Assembly (NCBI GenBank): GCA_043825735.1 | Contig: JBDRRP010000061.1 | Location: forward strand, 1 to 44,029 | Length of the DNA stretch: 44,029 nt | Reading direction: 5' to 3' | Source of the DNA: Pseudomonadota bacterium | Lineage (GTDB): Bacteria; Desulfobacterota; Desulfobacteria; Desulfobacterales; JBDRRP01 | Shown here: piece by piece, positions 39,017-44,029 of the stretch | Numbering within the stretch: position 1 is the first letter of the stretch | How the letters are laid out: each line of letters opens with the position of its first letter | Program-made: the position numbers and the translations under genes | Notes under the pieces: model-generated | Database searches by the model: none | Seen by the model: the letters and a program-made list of their open reading frames with translations, nothing else | Told to the model about the DNA's origin: nothing

Positions 39017-39670
39017 TCACGGGTCCAGTTTTCCCAACTGGTCCATGTCGCCGATGACCACCAGCGTATCTCCAGAGCCCAGAGGATCGTCGGGGACAGG
39101 GATGAACGTGTATTTTGAATCGCCGGTTTTCCTGCGTGCCACCACCTGCGTTTTGAACCGGTTGGTGAGATTCAGCTCGCGAAGGGTGCGTCCGATCCAG
39201 CGGTTGACGGTCAACTCCTTGATGCCGACGTCCTTTGCAAAAGGCAGATATTCGATAAAATCGGGATCGACCATCTGGCGTGCCAGTTGCTTGGCGGCCA
39301 TGGCTTCGGGAACGAACACTCGGTCCACACCGATTTTTTCCAGCAGTCGGGCATGATCGGGCCCCACCGCCTTGGCCCATACCTGGTGGACGCCCATTTC
39401 CTTGAGACGCAGGGCAATCATGGCGCTTGCAGTAATGGATTCGCCGACGCTGATCATGACATAGTCGAAGTCGGCAAAGCCCATCTGGCCCAGTGTTTCG
39501 CGGTCCATGGCGTCGATTTGGAAGACCTGGGTCAGGGCATTGCTGGCCTGCCTGACGGCCTCCGGGTCCGTGTCCACCCCAAGGACCTCGTGGCCCATAT
39601 CCGTGAGTGTCTTTCCGAATTTGAAACCGAACTTGCCCAGTCCGATGATGCCCACCTGCAGTTTTTTCAT
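39017..39670 (-). CDS. ktrA: TrkA/KtrA potassium uptake regulatory subunit (RCK N and C domains)
   Basis: IIGLGKFG Rossmann motif, LEKIGVDRVFVPE and a TrkA-C domain; adjacent to the membrane subunit. Confidence 0.88.
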   Translation of the reverse strand: MKKLQVGIIGLGKFGFKFGKTLTDMGHEVLGVDTDPEAVRQASNALTQVFQIDAMDRETLGQMGFADFDYVMISVGESITASAMIALRLKEMGVHQVWAKAVGPDHARLLEKIGVDRVFVPEAMAAKQLARQMVDPDFIEYLPFAKDVGIKELTVNRWIGRTLRELNLTNRFKTQVVARRKTGDSKYTFIPVPDDPLGSGDTLVVIGDMDQLGKLDP

Positions 39671-39715
39671 GCGGATGTCCTCTCGCTGATCACGGCCCCA
39701 ATGGGCGGATGGCCG

Positions 39716-41077
39716 CTATCCGATCATAAAGTTTTCCTCGGGCCAGTAATAGCGTTGTTTTTTCTGGTACCCCTGGATGGCTGTCACCAGCAATATGGGG
39801 CCGATGCGGCCGATAAACATCAATGCGCTGATGATGAGTTTGCCGCTGATGCTGAGTGTCGGGGTCAGGCCGGTGGTCAGGCCCACCGTTCCGAAGGCCG
39901 ATACGGCTTCGAACAGGAGCTCCAGCAGCATGCCCCGGGCTTTCGGGTGGGGGATGTCGCCGCCTTCGGTGATGGTCAGCGCCATCACGGCCACCCCGAT
40001 GATGCCGGCGGCAAACACCAGCAGTGTCAGCGCCTTGTTTAGCGTCGGCAGATCCACGGCGACCTTTCCGATGACGGTCTGCTGGCGGCCCTTGATGTGG
40101 CTCATGACGAAGGCGGTCAAGGTGCGAAACGTGGTTACCTTGATGCCTCCGGCACACGATCCCGGGGCGCCGCCGATGAACATGAGCCCGATCATGATCA
40201 TCAGCGATACGTTGGTCATCTGCCCGATGTCCAGGGTATTGAACCCGGCTGTCCGGCATGTGACGGACTGAAACAGCGTACTGAGGGTGGCCTCCGCCAG
40301 GGTCAGGGTTCGGTGGTAGCCGATAAACTCGGCCACAAACAATGTCCCCCAGCCCGCAAGGATGAGAAAAACGGTGGTGCCGATGACCATGCGGCTATAT
40401 TGGCTGAACCGTTTTCGGCGTTTCACTCCGGGAGCCCACCCCAGCCGGGTGAACAGCAGCGCCCGCGATTCCATGACGACGGAAAACCCCAGACCGCCGA
40501 TGATGATGAGCGCCATGATCAGGATATTGATGCGCCAGTCGCCGCGGAAGCCCACCAGACTGTCGGCGTAAAGGGAAAACCCGGCGTTGCAGAACGCGGA
40601 AACGCTGTGAAAAATCGCTGAAAAGGCCGGAAACGCCGCCGGAGCCACCGCGTGCAGGATTCCGGCAGCGACGGCCTCGATCCCCAGGACAAAAAGCACC
40701 ATGTGCACCAGAAACGTGCCCAGCTTGAAAGACGGATCGTGGAGAAGGCTTTGCCCCACGGCCTGCCGGTCGGTGAACGACACGCGTTTTCGCCAGAGAT
40801 AAAATATCAGGCCGGTATAGGTCATGATGCCGAGTCCCCCCAGCTGAATGAGGCACATGATGACCGATTGCCCGAAGCGGGTGAATGCGGTTCCCGTGTC
40901 CACAACGACCAGGCCCGTGACGCAGACCGCGGAAGTGGATGTAAACAGGGCGTCCACCCATGAAATCGGTCGGGTGACCGATTTTTCCGTGTGGAGCACC
41001 ATGGCACCAATGAGAATGGTGGCCAAAAAGAAAACCACGGGGAGGGCGAAAGGGTTTACCCGGAAACGTTTTTTCAT
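39716..41077 (-). CDS. ktrB: TrkH/KtrB potassium uptake membrane subunit
   Basis: Four pore loops: SAVCVTGL, SAFCNAGF, CRTAGFN and SAFGTVGLT; also GGIKVTT and MFIGRIG. Confidence 0.9.
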   Translation of the reverse strand: MKKRFRVNPFALPVVFFLATILIGAMVLHTEKSVTRPISWVDALFTSTSAVCVTGLVVVDTGTAFTRFGQSVIMCLIQLGGLGIMTYTGLIFYLWRKRVSFTDRQAVGQSLLHDPSFKLGTFLVHMVLFVLGIEAVAAGILHAVAPAAFPAFSAIFHSVSAFCNAGFSLYADSLVGFRGDWRINILIMALIIIGGLGFSVVMESRALLFTRLGWAPGVKRRKRFSQYSRMVIGTTVFLILAGWGTLFVAEFIGYHRTLTLAEATLSTLFQSVTCRTAGFNTLDIGQMTNVSLMIMIGLMFIGGAPGSCAGGIKVTTFRTLTAFVMSHIKGRQQTVIGKVAVDLPTLNKALTLLVFAAGIIGVAVMALTITEGGDIPHPKARGMLLELLFEAVSAFGTVGLTTGLTPTLSISGKLIISALMFIGRIGPILLVTAIQGYQKKQRYYWPEENFMIG

Positions 41078-41141
41078 TTGTTTTTCAACGCGGTGTCGTT
41101 ACGGTTTGCCCTCGGGCTATAGTGCACCGGGGCAATGGCTG

Positions 41142-42047
41142 TCAAATCGTATCGCCCCGCCGGTGCCCGGCGGTGTCACGAGCCCAGGCGCGACCGAGCC
41201 GCCCGCGCAGATTGAACAGCGGCAGGCCAAGGGGCAGGAGGCGTTCAACCGCTGGGGTGAGGTAGCAGATACGAATCAGCATCATGTAGAGCGTGGCCAT
41301 GTCTGCGGCGCTGAAGGTGATCCGGGCGCCGCGATGGGGCAGCTGCCATCGGCGTGACACGGCGGCGGCCCCCTCACCGTCGCGAAAAGTGATGTCCACG
41401 TCAAACGGTCCCCGCCGGCGATACGGTTTCAGGTGGGACAAGTGGAGCGCTGCAGCCCCCCGTTGACGCAGCTCCCGGCGCCAAGCCCGGCTATCCAGAG
41501 ACCCGGGGCCGCCGGACTTGTCGATGGGGTGGGTGCCGATGCCAGGCACCACCACGACGGCCTGCCGGCAGGCTTCCGGACACCCCGAAAAAAACACCGG
41601 CGCGATGCCGTGCCGGGCCAGGGCGGCGGCAAAGAGTTCGATCTCCGCCATGGGCCGGCCGTTGACGGTCAGGGCGGACAATCGGCTGGTGAGGGTGTGG
41701 GACAGAAAGCCGTCGGTTCCCGAAGCCGCATGGAGCCCGATGAAAAAGACCGCCTGGGCGCCGGCCGCCGATCCGATGCCGGGTATCGGCCCGCGATGGT
41801 AGCCGGAGATCAGCGCCGCCCGTCGGTCCACCAGTTCGGGAAAGATGTTGAATCCGGTCCGGTGAAAATCCTTGATCCGCACGCGCCGGGCGCCGGCATC
41901 AAAGAGCGCCGTCGTCAGTGCATTGACGTCCAGACTCATTTCCCGGCAGGCCGTCGCCCACTGCCGGGTCAAAAACGAGGACCCGGCATAATCCCAGCAA
42001 CCGCTGGAGCCCTCGATGTCGGCGATGATGAGAATGTCGGTGAACAT
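41142..42047 (-). CDS. M55-family (DppA-like D-aminopeptidase) metallopeptidase
   Basis: IIADIEGSSG, DFH and IGLHAASGTDGFLSHT metal-ligand motifs. Confidence 0.8.
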   Translation of the reverse strand: MFTDILIIADIEGSSGCWDYAGSSFLTRQWATACREMSLDVNALTTALFDAGARRVRIKDFHRTGFNIFPELVDRRAALISGYHRGPIPGIGSAAGAQAVFFIGLHAASGTDGFLSHTLTSRLSALTVNGRPMAEIELFAAALARHGIAPVFFSGCPEACRQAVVVVPGIGTHPIDKSGGPGSLDSRAWRRELRQRGAAALHLSHLKPYRRRGPFDVDITFRDGEGAAAVSRRWQLPHRGARITFSAADMATLYMMLIRICYLTPAVERLLPLGLPLFNLRGRLGRAWARDTAGHRRGDTI

Positions 42048-42074
42048 GGCGGTGGTTGTTCACTTTCTCGGGAC

Positions 42075-42170
42075 TCGAAATCGCTATCGGGATCGAAATC
42101 GATCTCCGCTCATTCCGGGTCGTTTCCCTGTTCCACGCGTTTCGATTTCGATAGCGATTCCGATTTGGAT
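42075..42170. repeat. Inverted pair of ATCG-based hexamer tandem repeats
   Basis: TCGAAATCGCTATCGGGATCGAAATCGAT ... TTTCGATTTCGATAGCGATTCCGATTT. Confidence 0.6.
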
Positions 42171-42387
42171 GGTCTACCGCATCAATCCCATTCGCCACAA
42201 CGAAAACATGGGACAGGCTCGTTGAGTGTTGCTTTTCGCCAGCCTTCCAGCACGCATGCAGGTTCACGAAATACCTGAAGAACACGAAGAAATACAGAGA
42301 AAGTCCGAAGGTGGACATTTGGTCCGGCAGCGGTTATTGTAGTTAGCACCTGTTAACGCGCGACACCTCACAACACCGGAGCGGCTG

Positions 42388-43746
42388 ATGAATATCGGAA
42401 ATTACTGGAAAACCATCGTTGATACGCTGCAGGACGGACTCCTCGTGGTGGGCCCCCGGGGAGACATCATTGCCGTCAACCCGGCGGCGGAACGGTTGAC
42501 CGGCTACAAAGCCATCGAACTGATCGGCAAAAACTGCCGCATCCTCAACTGTACGGGCTGTGAGATCCTGGGCAAGGGTTGCGAAGAGACTTTTTGCAGC
42601 CTCTACGCCCAGGGGCGCGTGCGGGCCAAGAAATGCACCATCACCCACAAGTCAGGGCTGGCCGTGCACATCCTCAAGAATGCGTCGGTATTTCACAGCG
42701 ACCAGGGCGAGGTCATCGGCGCCGTGGAAACCCTCACCGATATGTCCGAGCTCATTCGCAAACAGACCGAAATCGAGTCGCTTCGTCGAACGCTGCATCT
42801 GGACGACAGTTATCTCGGCATGGTGGGGCGATCAGAGGTGATGCAGCGGCTCTTCGATTTGATAAACAACGTGGCCCAGACCGATGCCCCCGTCATGATT
42901 CACGGCCAGAGCGGCACGGGTAAGGAACTGGTGGCCCGGGCCATTCACGAGGCCGGCAGCCGAAAGGGGCGCCCGTTTATCAAGGTCAACTGCGCCGCGC
43001 TCAACGAAAACCTCCTGGAAAGCGAGCTTTTCGGACACGTCAAGGGGGCGTTCACCGGCGCCGACAAGGATCGTCAGGGCCGGTTCGAGGCGGCCCACAC
43101 CGGCACCATCTTTATTGATGAAACCGGCGACATCCCCATGGCCACCCAGGTCAAGCTGCTCAGGGTCCTGGAGGAAAAGCGCATCGAACGGGTGGGGGAC
43201 CATGCATCGATCCCGGCCGATGTGCGCATCATCACGGCCACCAACAAAAACCTGGAGACCCTGATCGCCGAGGGGCGGTTTCGGGAAGATCTGTACTTTC
43301 GCATCAACGTTTTTCCCATCCAGGTGCCCGCTCTCTCGGAGCGACGGGACGACATTCCGGCCATTGTCAACGAGTTCGTCAAGCGGAACGCCGCCGCCAG
43401 CGAGAAGAATATCGTGGGGGTGACCCCCGAGGCCATGGGCATCCTGATCAATGCGGCCTGGCCCGGCAACGTGCGGGAGCTGCGCAACGCCATCGAGTTC
43501 GCTTTCGTTCTCTGCCAGGAGGGCTGGATCGATGTCCCCCACCTGCCGCCGAAATTGCTTGCGCGGGGGGGCGCCGAACGTGACAAGGGACGGGCCTCCG
43601 ACGATCCGGAGCGCCGGGAGCTCATCGGTGTGCTCAAGGATGTGGGGGGCAATCAGTCCGAGGCCGCGCGGCGCCTTGGCGTCAGCCGTGTCACCGTTTG
43701 GAAACGCATCCGCAGGCACGATATCGATTTGCGGAAGGATATTTGA
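42388..43746 (+). CDS. PAS-domain sigma-54-dependent transcriptional activator (NtrC/Fis family)
   Basis: N-terminal PAS; GQSGTGKE, ESELFGHVKGAFTGA, FREDLYFRINV, WPGNVRELRN; Fis HTH NQSEAARRLGVSRVTVWKRI. Confidence 0.95.
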   Translation: MNIGNYWKTIVDTLQDGLLVVGPRGDIIAVNPAAERLTGYKAIELIGKNCRILNCTGCEILGKGCEETFCSLYAQGRVRAKKCTITHKSGLAVHILKNASVFHSDQGEVIGAVETLTDMSELIRKQTEIESLRRTLHLDDSYLGMVGRSEVMQRLFDLINNVAQTDAPVMIHGQSGTGKELVARAIHEAGSRKGRPFIKVNCAALNENLLESELFGHVKGAFTGADKDRQGRFEAAHTGTIFIDETGDIPMATQVKLLRVLEEKRIERVGDHASIPADVRIITATNKNLETLIAEGRFREDLYFRINVFPIQVPALSERRDDIPAIVNEFVKRNAAASEKNIVGVTPEAMGILINAAWPGNVRELRNAIEFAFVLCQEGWIDVPHLPPKLLARGGAERDKGRASDDPERRELIGVLKDVGGNQSEAARRLGVSRVTVWKRIRRHDIDLRKDI

Positions 43747-43957
43747 ATTTCCGATTCAGGAAACTGCTTGTGCACTATTCTCCAGTTGGGGTTTCGGCTG
43801 TTTTGTAGTGGCGGGGTTTACAGCCCGTCCCGCAATCGGCAAAGGTTACCCCAATCGGCTGTGTTTACCGATCACGGGCGGGGATAAACCCCATATGCGC
43901 TAACTTGTCAGGCGCTATTGCAATCTGGCAAGTAACGGTAACAGCGCAAAACGAACG

Positions 43958-44029
43958 TTGATGGCAATGTAAAAAGTCTGAAATCACCACAGAGGACACA
44001 GAGAGCGCAGAGATAACTTATTAATTATT
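43958..44029. repeat. Left half of a family A MITE/REP-like element, cut by the window end
   Basis: TTGATGGCAATGTAAAAAGTCTGAAATCACCACAGAGGACACAGAGAGCGCAGAGATAACT..TAATTATT closely matches 9509-9580. Confidence 0.75.

Noticed and set aside
43920..43950. Possible sigma-54 promoter at CTGGCAAGTAACGGTAAC
   Set aside because: There is no TTGC/GC at the -12 position with correct spacing.

Overview
A GC-rich bacterial chromosomal window. Gene content and repeat style suggest a sulfate-reducing deltaproteobacterium (Desulfobacterales-like); this is an inference. From left to right: the 3' end of a probable IS630-family element; a Bcr/CflA MFS exporter; a ~7.7 kb accessory island ending at tRNA-Pro (hipB-hipA-SNF2 helicase-SWIM/wHTH operon, yefM-yoeB, two convergent higBA modules); amidase; tRNA-Leu, tig-clpP-clpX-lon, tRNA-Val, tRNA-Asp; a large TPR-CHAT protease lipoprotein beside an SDR remnant; thioesterase; gdhA; GDSL esterase; a DsbA/FrnE-like gene; a GntR-xsc-tpa taurine module; an orphan Rep_3-like gene; a CheX-CheX-FliN protein; a tandem array of exported caspase-like (C14) proteases, two intact plus one relic; a DUF166 gene; ABC-F; Ktr/Trk potassium uptake; M55 peptidase; and a PAS sigma-54 activator. 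The ORF track misses several things. Two genes are probable selenoproteins (in-frame UGA in UxxC and UC motifs, each with a SECIS-like hairpin). Both higB genes look leaderless. There is a canonical YefM operator and at least two families of dispersed palindromic miniature repeats. All family calls come from motif recognition by eye; no database searches were run.
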